The position numbers and the translations under genes are program-made. A model generated the notes under the pieces. It had not been told where the DNA came from, searched no databases, and saw only the letters and a list, made by a program, of their open reading frames with translations. A stretch of 64,000 bases of DNA from Moniliella sp. 'wahieum' (taxonomy: Eukaryota), in NCBI GenBank assembly GCA_003971905.1, contig RSEE01000138.1:1-64000 (forward strand), in the 5' to 3' direction. This document shows, in pieces, positions 51,561 to 63,389 of this stretch (position 1 is its first letter; the number at the start of each line of letters is the position of its first letter).

Positions 51561-54312
51561 TTTTGGTCACTCTTTCCTTTCTTCAATCCGTCAGTCCTCA
51601 ATCAATTCGTCAATCAATCCGTCAATCCGCCAATCAATCCGTCAATCCGTTCTTTGTTCACAGTCATCTGGCTCCTATGTTTTTTTCATCCTGGCCTCAT
51701 CCCATGTGGGCTACGTACGTGCCGCGTCTGGTACGCTCCTGTTCTACTCTACTACCATACTCGGTAATCGGTACTCGGTACGCGGTACTCGGTTCGGGTG
51801 TCCTGCTTGACCTATGCCCTGCCTTTTCCTCTCTTGCAGTTGTAGCGCATCGTTCGTACTCGTACTCGTACGCGGTCGATCCGCATCGTTTCATGTCCCG
51901 TCTTCCCTTTCGTTCGCCTCGCTAATCGCTCATATGATCGCTGATCTTCTGATCTTCTGATCTTCTGATCTTCTGGTCTCTCTTTGTCCCGGCTGACCCA
52001 TACCATGCCCCCATCTCCACCTCCCACTTGTCCACCTCTCCCACTCTCCCACTCTCCCACTCTCCCACACTTCCACACTCCCAACCTCCATCCCCCGTGT
52101 CCGTCACCGCCCCTCACCCTCACCGTCTCCGCGTCAACTTTCCTCTGTTCTCTCCTACCTCGGCATGTACCAATGTACCAATGGGACCCTCGGGTTTATT
52201 AGGTGCCCATTAGTATTATAACTTTTCGCTCTCCTCTTTTTTTTCTGATTTTATTGCCCCCCCTCCTTCGCCGCGACTAACCTGCTTCGCGTCCATCGCA
52301 TGTGCGCTGGTCCTTGCCCCTCGCAATCGCAAAGCATTTTCGTATGAGCTGAACCGGTCCCCGACCCAACTAAAGGCCACCGGCCAAAACCCCAAAGACG
52401 GAACCGAAGGCGGAAGCCGGGAGGCGGGCAGCGAAAGGCGGAAGGAAGGCGGAAGGCGAAAGGAGGAAGGCAAAATGCGAGAGGCGAAAGGCAAAAGGCA
52501 AAAGGCGGACAACGAGGGAACAAAAGTCGAGGGAAGAGGGAAGATCGTTACGGTCGCCGTTTCAGTTGGATGACCCGGATTGTCTGACCGGTTTGGGGGA
52601 GCGCTGAACGGTTGGATCGGATCGTTCGCGAGTACCGGGTAGGTTTTGAATCCAGGTGATCGGTTGTGGACGGTCTGCTGGCATGTGCATGTGCATGCTG
52701 GGAAGCAGCGGGGGGGTACCAAGACCATGGATTGGGATCGGACCGGATGGGCGCGTGATTCGGTACAGGGGTTGTGGTCTGGGGTGGGCCAGGGGAGGGA
52801 CGATGGTTGAGGGTATCATGTTTCCTTCAGGGGAACTAGGTGGGAGGGGGAGGGAGAGAGACGTATCGGCAGTATATATGATCCTTTTTCTAGACTCCAA
52901 TTCTCCATCCATTCATCCATTCCATCCATCCATCCATCCATCTCCATCCATCTACTATCTGTCTCTCTCATCCAAGTCGATTTTCCCCTTTCTTGTTTCC
53001 TTTCTTTTTCCGGTGCATGTACACCATGTCTCATGAACATGATCCTTGATCTGCATCATGTCCACCGGCGTATGTCACATGCAACATTCGCCATGCGACA
53101 TGCGAGGCAGTATAGTTTCCTGCGCTTGCAGCCTACAGCCGAGTCTCAATTACTAAGAAGCATCTCAATCGATCCTCTCTGACATCCTTTCGTTCGCGAC
53201 GCCCCCATACACGCGAGTTTCTGTGGTTCCGGTTCCTGCCTCACGCTTGAAGCTTCATCATTGTACCATGATTGTGATGACCATCCATCCTGCCACCTTT
53301 TGGGCCTGTTGCGTGCAGTGCAGATCATGAAGGTATACTTAGGCGAGGAAACGCGGAACACCACGGGAACCAACCTTCCCCACCAAAGCAAAGCCAGCGC
53401 GCTGGGTGGGCCTGGCGGTGTGGTGGACGGCTTGGTCATCAGCAGCTTTGAGGGTGGAAAGCAGCGCTCGCCTCCCCGGTGCGCTTGTGCGTATGCGCCT
53501 GTACTTAGGATGGGCATGACGTATGGGTGGGGGGGGCACTATACGTGATAGTAAACGAGAGCGGAGTATGACGGCGTTTGGAATCGAGACCATCGAAAGA
53601 TGATGGAGTTGTCGAGATACCATTCTGGTGCGCGATGCAGCGATCGCCCCGATGTCCAGAGCCGATGGAGTTCACCCTGTGTACCCGCCCGGTTACCGGT
53701 TATTCACTTCGACCGGGGTTGGGGGGCAAATAAGTCAGGCGTCGTGTCTCGGAGAAGACCGTGATTGGGCCAGAGGGCATTTGGGAAGGAAGGGTCAATA
53801 TTCAATCCGGTCAATCTGACTAAGATCTCCCCAAGATCTCACCATACGATCTCACTATGTAGGACGTGCGAGAGAGAGGACATGGAGAGGGTGGAACATG
53901 GGACGGGAGGAACGCTGTGGGTCGGGCCAAAACGGCCAAATCCGACGGTTCAACGTTTAGACAGTGGGATGTATACCGGTGTTATGCCCTGGTGCGCCCT
54001 CTTGAGAGCAAAGCTTGAAGCCAGAAGCTGATGAGTTTACCCGGCGCGCGGAGACTCAGTCACAGGGGGGTTGGGTGGGCCGAAGAGCAGAATCGATCGT
54101 CGATGAGATGCCCGGTGGGAGAGAGAGATGGTCGCGGGTAGCGTCGGAGTCTTGTGGGAGCGACAGCCGACAGCCAACCGCCTTCGACAGACATCAGACA
54201 TCAGACATCTCCTCGGAGATCTATAGTACCGTGGTGTGCCCGTGCCCAACCAGCCAGAAGGCCCTCTCCTCAGGCTCACTCGAAAGGCGAGAAACGCTCC
54301 GACGTCGATTGA

Positions 54313-54374
54313 TCCATTAATCATTAATCATTCCATTAATCATTAATCATTCCATTAATCATTAATCATTCCAT
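54313..54374. repeat. 19-bp tandem repeat (TCCATTAATCATTAATCAT)3
   Basis: Three perfect units built from the TCATTAATCA motif found elsewhere in the window. Confidence 0.9.
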
Positions 54375-55685
54375 GCTCACTAGTCACTAGTCACTGTGCT
54401 GCCTACGCCACGCCCCCCTGTACGCGATGACTCGGACTCAGCAACTCTGGCCTCAGCGCCTCAGCCACGCAGCGCTCAGCCTGGGCGCTGGCTTTGTCCG
54501 GACGCCATCATCGCCATCATCGCCATCATCCATCATCGCATCGGCACCATAGTTTGCATCCTCCCATCAGCGCTGAGCCAGCCACCCCCTGTCCCAAGTT
54601 GTAGCCGCATCTGGCATCTCAGAGGGCTACGGCAGCCACCACAGGCTGCCAGTCCAGCTGCTGCGCGCGGCTGGACTGCGGCGTATCATGTTGAACGTTG
54701 AGCGGGACCGTTCATTTGAACGTTGATTGGGCTGAAGTGGGGGCGTGCCCGGCGTTATACTCGGGGCGGGGCAGGTTGAGCGCGGCTCTCCTCGACTCAC
54801 TTGGCCTCTCCTAGAGCTTAAAGCCTAAGGCCGACGGTCTAGCCGTCGGAGATACAAGATGTAATCGATGGAACTGATCCAAAAGCGGAGTCGACCGCCT
54901 GCTAGACACCTCGGCTGGCGGGCGATGGATGATGGAGCGATGAGGGTGCCTGTGACGAGGACGAGTGACTAGGGACTAGTGACTAGTGCTTGACGGGCAC
55001 CTCTCCCCAGGCGCAAGGGCTGTGTGGCTGGGCGCGCTCATGTGGCGTGAACTTGACTCCTGGACTTTTGTCCATCTCCGCCCATCTCAGCTGCCGCCTG
55101 CTGTCGCTCCCATGCCGCTGCCCGCAGTCTTGGCGCTGACGGATGGACGAACACGGCAACGTTGACGTTAAACGTGAAACGGCAACCTTAGCCAGGTCGC
55201 CGCCATCCCCAAACGCACTCCTTGCCCACCCGTCCACACCCTCCAAACGCCACACGAACCACCGCCCAAGCCCACCACCCTTAGCTCGTGCCTGGCCCCT
55301 GCGCTGTCAACCTGTCAGCGCTGCCAGTTCAGCTCATCAACCGTCAACGTTCAACGCTGTGGTGGACGGTGCTGAGCGTCCAGGCTGCACGCGCTGAGAA
55401 GAACGAGGTCCCTGCGTCCCCTTCCACCGCCTAAAGTCGTGCCTGGCAGTGTGGATTGAGCGAGCTGTACGCTCAGTTGAACACGCTGACCTTGGATACA
55501 AATACGGTGCAGTGTGTCTGCTGCGTGGGACGCTTTGCTTCCTTCCTTCCGTTTGTCTTGTTGGCCGCTACCGCTACCGCTACCACTCCTCCCACCGAGC
55601 TCTGCTCTGCCACCCTCGACCTGGCGGGCAAGACGATGCACTTCTCCCTCTCTCCGCTCACCTCCCACGTGTCCCGCCCGAGTCA

Positions 55686-57414
55686 ATGTCCAGACCTGAC
55701 ACTGAAAAGGATCCCGAGGCGGCAGGCAGTACGCCCTCGCTCGACGACAAGGTCCCTCCCCTGGGCCAAGATGTGCATGATGATGGTCGTGCCCGTGCCG
55801 GTACCCCACGTGACCACGAGGACAGCGATCTGTATGACATTGGGGACGAGAAACAGCGTGCGCTGATTGCGCGCACGCCCTTTTTGAGAACGCTGTACCG
55901 CGCCGCCCATGCGCTGGGTAAGTACCAGGTGGAGCGCGTGGGCATTGCCCCCCTTCCTGATTCGGAGAGGACGGGAACGACGTGGTGGGCACCGGGGTTC
56001 ATTTTCTTTTCGGCAAATTGGAACCTGCTTGGCTTTTCCAGTGGCACCTTGGCGGCCAGCTATGGACTAGGGATGTACGGTGCCTTGTTTACCATCCTTG
56101 GCTTCTCGGCCTTGTGCTCGCTGCCACCAGCTGTCCTATGCACGTTTGGACCCAAACTGGGGCTGCGGCAGATGGTACAAAGTCGGTACAGTTGGGGGTA
56201 CGTGCCGGTCATGTTGATTGGTCTCTGTGCTGGTGGTACTTCGATGGGCTATTGCATTCTCGACTCGGTTCTGGGCGGGGATACCTTGTCGTCGGTTACT
56301 ACCCATCACAGTTTGACGCCCGTGGTGGGAATCGTGATCATCTGCATCATCACGCTCGTCATCTCCTTTGTGGGTATCTGCTTGCTCAGCTGGGTTGAAC
56401 GCTTCATCTGGATTCCCGTCATCATTCCCTTTATCACGCTGCTTGCTATGGCTGGTACCGGGCCTGAGGGATTGCACATCCCGCATGGCCCGGACCCTTC
56501 GACGGCCAGCGGGGTACTAAGCATGGCCTCGGTCATCGCTGGCTTTTATCTTTCGTACTCGACCGGGATGAGCGATGTGAGCCACTACCTGCGGCCCGAT
56601 ACGAGTTCGTGGAAGCTGTTTGGAGCGACGTACGCTGGCTTTTTCTTTGGCGGAGCGCCGATTCTTATGCTGGGCGCAGCCTTCTCGTGTCGGCACAGGA
56701 CATTCCAGCGTGGCAGGATGCTCTCAACGTGAGCAACGGGGCTCTGTTTGAGCTCATCATGGGCAACAACCCGGACGCCTCTACTGCCACACGAGGCTGG
56801 TCCAAGTTCTGCATCGTTCTGCTTTCTCTATCTGTGATCCCCAACATGTCAGTGACGTTCTACTCGTTTGGGCTCAACATGCGTACGCTTCTCTCCATCC
56901 CTTCTACCCCCCGGTGATCGCACCGTGGAGTGATCCATTGCCCCATACTGACCCACAATCCTGAACAGAAACCATCTTCCCGCTCCTCACGCCCGTACCA
57001 CGGTTTATTTGGATGCTCCTTGCTACGGCCATCGTGTTGCCACTTGGGATTGTCGTGTCGCTCAACTCGGCGTACTATGCAACGCTGTCCAACTTTACCT
57101 CGGTGCTGGGATACTGGGCTTCGCTTTACCTTCCTCCTGTGTTATTGGAGTGGTACGTGATACGCCGTGCACAACCCGACCGGTTCGACAGGTCGGCATG
57201 GAACGACTGGCGTCACCTTCCTCTTGGCCTGGCTGCATTGGGAAGTGCAGTGCTGGCGCTGGGCCTGCTCATCCCATCCATTAACCAGACTTGGTTCCAA
57301 GGTCCGATTGCCCGGCATGGCACGGGCGACATTGCGTTCGAAATGGGTTTTGCAGTGACGACGATCTTTTACGTACCTCTTCGTTTACTAGAGCTACGAG
57401 TTTGGGGACGTTAA
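55686..57414 (+). CDS. NCS1 purine-cytosine/vitamin B6 permease (FCY2/TPN1-like)
   Basis: Motifs VERVGIAP, FFSANWN, FSSGTL, FGPKLGLRQMVQSRYSWG, LSNFTSVLGYW and WFQGPIA...GDIAFEMGF. One intron near 56883-56968. Confidence 0.9.
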
Positions 57415-57419
57415 AACAA

Positions 57420-57491
57420 GTCTTGGTCTTGGTCTTGGTCTTGGTCTTGGTCTTGGTCTGGTCTTGGTCTTGGTCTTGGTCTTGGTCTTGG
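57420..57491 (+). repeat. (GTCTTG)n array just after the permease stop codon
   Basis: About 12 hexamer units. Confidence 0.9.
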
Positions 57492-59107
57492 GCTGAGCGC
57501 TGAAAAAGAGAGAAAGTGTGCTCCGCATGACCTGCATGGCCTTTCCCCCCTGTGTTTCTTTGCGCTTTTCGTCCTGTTTTTGTTTGTTCTTTCTCACGAG
57601 GCTTTGCGCCCATCCATGATACATGCATCATGATGCTATTGGCCTTTTTCCTTCTCCGTCATCTGCACGGCGGCTTTTGTACACGTGTCTACTATATCCA
57701 TTGCCTTTAGCTCGTTGCTTATTTTTCGTTATTGGTTACTCGTATCCCCAGTCAGCAGCCACTGTGCTCCTGGTTGCCTGACTCGACACGCTGCATCAGT
57801 TACTTATACGGACGAAAGTGCCAAGGCATGGACTCGTTCACTACGGCCGGGATGTGGATGGGAAGAAGAGAAGGAAAGGGAAGGGGGTAGTCACTTGTGG
57901 CTGCAGTGAGATCGATCAACTCGATGAGCGCGATCATCGATCCCAGCCGAGGGAGGGCCGTTGGAGCAATTGGGCCGCCTTGACGCTTGAAGACGATAAC
58001 TAGGCGTGGAAGGAAGAGAAAACTGAGTACACCAGGCTGATGGGGGGCGAGTGGCCCGAAGGAGGGGAGAATAACTGCCAGAGTCCTGCATGTGCCATCA
58101 TACCAACAACCACCGAGTATAGGTTGGGATGTACGCCCCCACCAGTATTACCCCGTTGGTGGGGGCAGCTTCAATTTCGTCTCTGTTTGCATGTCCTCAT
58201 GGCTAGTGGGGGCGCGAGGCTGGAGTAAGAGGGTGCTGGGGCTGTCTGCTTGGCGTGTGGAGTACAAGGCTGGCCCGACCAACTTTCTTCAGGCGAATCG
58301 GCGGGTGACTGGCCCCCCAAACGGGCTGTCCTGGCGTTGTGCCTCGTATTGCGCTTGCTGGTCATGACGTCAACCTCCGCAGGCAATGGTGATGACGAGC
58401 AATGACGATGGCAACGGCAAAATGGCATTGGCATTGAATGGCGTGTTGGACCGTGGGGAACGTGCATGCGGCCCGGCACACTTGACCGACATAGGCATCA
58501 GTGGTCGGGATCGAGAAGGGCGCTCTAGTACCTATAGGGATTCGGTCCAGACTGAGTACTGAGCCCAACAGACGTCTGCCCCGGTGGCGGCTTCTACACC
58601 TCTCGTACCTCCCCCCAGGCCCCAAGCGGAGGCGCCGAGGCGCTCAGCCATACCATAGGGCCAGTTCAAGTTGAAGCTCTACCAAAACAGGCTGTGGGGA
58701 GCATTGGCTGGCAAGCACCCCACCTGGGCGGAGACAGGTGGAGGCTGGATGGGCACGATGCCAGTAGTTCTGGCCACCCCGCTTCCCTGGCGCTCTAACA
58801 ATGGCCAAACACACACACACGCAATGCGCCCGATCCCAGAAGCCCCACTGTGGTCGAAGAGGGGCATACTGAATAGTATTCCTGACGATTGACCGTAGTA
58901 GGATTGACGATTGACGATTGAGGATTGCTGCGTCACCGGGTCAGCTGGCCAGCAGATCGCATCGGCGTAGGTCCGTGCGGGGCCCCGGCCGAGCAGGGCC
59001 GAGCACGAGGGGCAAAGACGCCTGGGATGATCGAACTCGGTACTCAGTGAGGACTCATCATCGGTCCGGACCATCTCGATGAGCGGGGGCAGGCGGGAGG
59101 CGAGGCG

Positions 59108-59304
59108 GCGTCACATTCACATGTGCTGACGGTGTGACCGACGCAGATGACGTCGTGCTTTTGATTTTCTGTGCCCCTAGTAATATACTTGACGCTTGAC
59201 ACTCAGCTGGCTTCTTGGTGTGCTCCAGTGTGCTCCTGCGCTGGGCACGAGGGGGCCGTGACGTGCTGATCTCGATGCTGGGGTTGGCAGCCGTCTTATA
59301 TATA
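59108..59304 (+). promoter_or_regulatory. Ish1 promoter with TGACG (CRE-like) half-sites and a TATA box
   Basis: CGTCA/TGACG near 59109, 59127, 59149, 59190 and 59259. TATATATA at 59297, about 100 bp before the ATG. Confidence 0.45.
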
Positions 59305-59395
59305 CCCCCCCCGCCCCCCGTCGATCGCCTTGCCGGTGCCGCCCACGCCGTCTGCTCTCCCTCTCCGACCCCCCCCCTCAGGCTCTCCCCGCAGG

Positions 59396-61123
59396 ATGAA
59401 GGTATTATCGGGGTCTTCTTGGCTGGTGCTCGCGCTTGGCGCGCTTGGCCTCGCTCGTTCAGTCAGAGGCTGAGGGCACGTCGCGCTCCGCCCCGCTCGA
59501 CACGGCCTTCGACGCATGGGACACATCCAACTTGCGCGCCTGGCTGCTGGAGCGGGGCATTGTCGCGCCCAAATCGACCAAGGAGGAGTTGGTGGTGCGT
59601 GCTGAGCGCAGCTGGGCTGACTTGCACCGTTCTGCCTCGTCGCTTGCCCTGGCAGGAGCCAACTCAGCGTCCTCGGCCCAGGCCGCAGCGACGTCCGCGC
59701 TGTCCAGCTCGCTTGCTTCGGCTTCGAGCGTGTACTCGTCCTATGCGTCGTTGGCTTCCCAGCGGGGCGCGTACGACGTGTCGCAGCTGTACTGGACTGC
59801 CTCCTCGCTTTCTCTGCTGCGAGTGAAGGTGCGAGCCAGGCGTACAGCCAGGCCAGCTCTGCTGCTTCCGCTAGCGTATCGTCCGTGTTGCACGCGGCAC
59901 ACAACCAGGCCGATAAGGTTTCCTCCCGCGCGTCTTCGGCGGTGGGTACGGCGCAGCACGCCTTGTCTGCTTCGGTCCACGATTCGTCCGATTGGATCTG
60001 GTCCAGTTGGAACGATAACCAGCTGCGTCAGTACCTCCAACAGCACGGGTACGTCCAGACGCCCGCCGAAGCCCAACGGGATCACCTCTTGGCTTCGGTC
60101 AAGGACGTGTACAGTAAGACGGTGAATGCGCCGTACGAACTGTACAGCGACTCTTACCTCGTACGTTCTCTTCTTCTTCTTTGGGTTTGGGTTTGGGTTT
60201 GGGTGGTGGCATCCTCTGATGGTAATTGTCTAATCGATCGCATCCGTCTGTGGGCGTAGCACAATTGGCTTGTGGACCACGGTGTCATTCGTTCGCCGGG
60301 ACAAAAGACGCGCGATGAATATGTACGTGAGATTCCGTCCGGTCGACGATGGCTTTTTGTATGGGCCACAGGAGAAGGAGGAGAGGGAAACAAGACTGAC
60401 CAACGGAACGGAATGATGCACAGCTTGCGTTGGCCAAAACGTACTACTACGATGTGCACGATGCGATTTGGGATTCGTGGACGGACAGTCAAGTGCGGCA
60501 GTGGCTGATTGAGCATGGGGTGCTGACCAAGTCCGAGGCGGACAAGACGGCGCCGGAGAAATGCGGGAAGCGGTAGCGAGCGGGTACGGGTCGAGCAAGG
60601 AGGTGCTGTACCGTGGGTGGAGCGAGAGTGATCTACGCTGGCTGTTGGTGGCCGCTGGGGTGTTGGCGCCGGTGGAGGAAACGCAAACGCAGCGTCGGAC
60701 GTACGACGAGTACGTTGATCTGCTAGAGGCGCATGGTCGCTCGCTCGTCCAGTCCACTTCCTACGTCCTGTCCTGGTCCGACCAGCACTTGCGCAGTTAC
60801 CTTGCCAGGCCGGCGTGGCCCTGGAGGAGATTGAGTCGTTTGGTCGCGACCGGTTGCTGCGCGAGACGCGCGCGCGTCTCACCGAGGCGGCGCAGCAAAC
60901 CAATGGAGTCCTCGGTGCCGTACTGGAACACGCCAAGCACGTTGTTCGCCATGTCTTGGACAGCATCGAAGGCGTTGCTGGGTCGGTGGAGAATGTGGCC
61001 GGGGAGAAGGCTAAGGTTGCATCGCAAAGTGCCAATAGCTTGCAGCAGCAGGCCAGCCGCTTGTCTGCCTCGGCCTCGGCGGTGGCCAGCCAAAAACTCA
61101 AGGCGGCCAAAGAGGACTTGTAG
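59396..61123 (+). CDS. Ish1/Msc1-like stress-response protein (signal peptide plus Ish1 repeats)
   Basis: Repeats FDAWDTSNLRAWLLERGI, WSSWNDNQLRQYLQQHG, YSDSYL-HNWLVDHGV, WDSWTDSQVRQWLIEHGV and WSDQHLRSYL. C-terminus ends KEDL. Introns at 60161 and 60323. Confidence 0.85.
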
Positions 61124-61544
61124 GAATCAGTACTCCTGCCTGATAAAATGGATTGTGTTCTGTCGGATAAATCTCCCGTGGCGCACAGAGCGTGGACAGT
61201 GCGATGAAGGCATGAGATGCTGGGGCGGGGTGTGTGCACCGATGAAGGAGAGCGATGAATATGAATCGTCCGGTCAGGGCGACTGGCCCACTTGTCGATC
61301 GCCAAGCCCTCACCGCGAAACTCCTTTCGCAGCTATGTATGCGTACTTCAAGTAAACGCCTCTCTATTGCCCTCTTCTCGGCCCTCTCCGCCGACCACCG
61401 CCTTTGTTCGCTTCTTCACGACCAGAGTCCCAAAATGCATTGACCATTAACCGCAGCGTGTTGAACGAACAGGAGGGAGGGTGAGTGTGGCGCACCAGGA
61501 CCAAGACCAGGACCAAGAGCAAGACCAAGGGGAGAGCGGGTGGT

Positions 61545-63389
61545 TTAATAGACGCTGCGTAGGGCCTCGTCGAGCCTAGCAGCCTCTTTGAGATGGGCCA
61601 TGACGCCTCCCACGAGGAGCAGACTTCCGCTGACCAAGGTCTGACACGGTTGAGCTTGGGCCACCTGCTTGACACCCTGCAGCGCCGCCTCGATCGATCC
61701 CACTGCCTGGACCGACTTAGCCGCCGGGGCATCGGGGGGGATACGGAGCAAGCGCAGCCACTCGTCGCGTAGCTCATTCTGGATCGTCAGCGCAGCGAGT
61801 TCGGCTTTATCGGTGGTGTTGGATACCATGTCGCCTCGGCTACCGGATGCGTACGTCTCGTTGGTAGTGAAGAAGACAGTGTCAAAGAAGTGTTTGGCGA
61901 GGGGGAACTCGTCAGTCGGGACGGGGACCGATTCTGATAGGGTGCCCTTTGGGCCGAGCGCCGCCTCGACAGCAGTGAGAATGGCATGCAACAGCGTCGG
62001 TACCGATCGGCCATTGGTGCAGTTGAAAATCAATGTTCGGACCGGCTTGGTTTGGGCTTGGGCTTGGGCTTGGAGGCTCTCCTGGTCCTTCTGGCTTTGG
62101 GGAACAAACCAGTCGGCACAGAAGGTAAGTAAGTGAGTCGGTGGTATGGGCGCCGTCGAGGTAAAATGTGGTGTGGGCGGCAGCAGGATCGGACAATACA
62201 CCTTCTGCCTTAGCGAGCGGACTTGGTGGCGCACGCACGATCTGGCACCGTCCAGGCCAGCGAGCCGAGACCAGTCCTTCCACTTCGTCTTCCGAAAGCG
62301 AAAGGGCATCGACGTCTGTCTCCCATCCGCCCGATGGCACCTCAGCAAAGAAGGCCCGCACAAGCGACACGGCCAGAGCTGCGTTGATGGTCTGGTGGGT
62401 GCCCGGCAGACCTAGTCCTCCCTTGGGGTCGACTTGGGATGCGACCGATGCCTTGACACCCTGCTGCAACAGCGTAAAGCTGGACGCCTGTTTCCCAAAT
62501 AGCCTAAATTAGCCCAAAGCCAGCATGAACGATCGCGAGGGAGGAAGGGAGGAAGGAAGGAGTAGGGACGGGCAAGACATACCTTTTCGTCGTGTGCGCA
62601 CGTGCGAAGGACCGCAGCAGCCTCTGGCGTGGTTTGGAACGTAGCGATGGGGGGACGCCAGGCTTGTAAATGCCGCCCTTTTGGTAGGCGATCGAGTCGA
62701 GCGTGTTACCCAAGAGGAAAGTATGGTCGATGCCGAGCGAAGTGACGCCGGTTGCGACCGGCTTGGGCACGACATTGGTCGAGTCGAACCTGCCGCCAAT
62801 GCCGACCTCGACAATGGCCGCATCGACCTTTTCCGAAAGGAACACATGCCACATGAGCAGCGTCAAGAAGCGAAAGTAGAATGGGCGGAGGGGCCAGGAA
62901 GGGTGGCCGACGTCGGTTCCGCCATAGGCCGGGGTGGGCGGGCTGCCGAGCCGGTCCCAGACCTCAAAGAAGTACTTGATGAAGAGCTCTTCGGGCAGCG
63001 GGAGGCCGTTGATGCGGATGCGCTCGCGGACGGAGATCATGTGCGGGGAGGTGTAGAGGCCGACGGTGTGGGTGGGCTGGCGGCGGGCGAGGCGCTGGCG
63101 CAGGACAGAGTCGGTAAAGGCGGCAGTGGAGCCCTTGCCCTTGGTGCCGGTGATGTGGACGACGTGGAGGGCGTTGAGGTGGGCGGGGGTGTAGCCGATG
63201 CGGCGGAGCGAGTCGACTTCGGCGGGGATGCGGTCGTCGAAGCGCGGGCCGTCGGCGCGGCGCGCATCGAGCATGCTGGCGTTGCTCTGGAGCAGGTTGA
63301 GCGCGACGACGGCGCCGGCGTAGTCGTGCGCCGGGCCAGGGGCCGGGGGCCTGGGCGGCAGCGAGGAGGGCGGGGTCGGTGGTGGACAT
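61545..63389 (-). CDS. MET7: Folylpolyglutamate synthase (Met7-like)
   Basis: Motifs LNLLQSN, HITGTKGKGST, GLYTSPH..VRERIRING, YFRFLTLL, EVGIGGRFDSTN, WPGRCQ, YLDGAHT, LIFNCT and VSGSLLLVGG. Confidence 0.9.

Noticed and set aside
53146..53623. Possible small minus-strand gene
   Set aside because: No recognisable motif and no convincing exon structure.
54313..54374. CRISPR-like array (also 19248-19299 and 248-287)
   Set aside because: Head-to-tail repeats without unique spacers, eukaryotic context and no cas genes.
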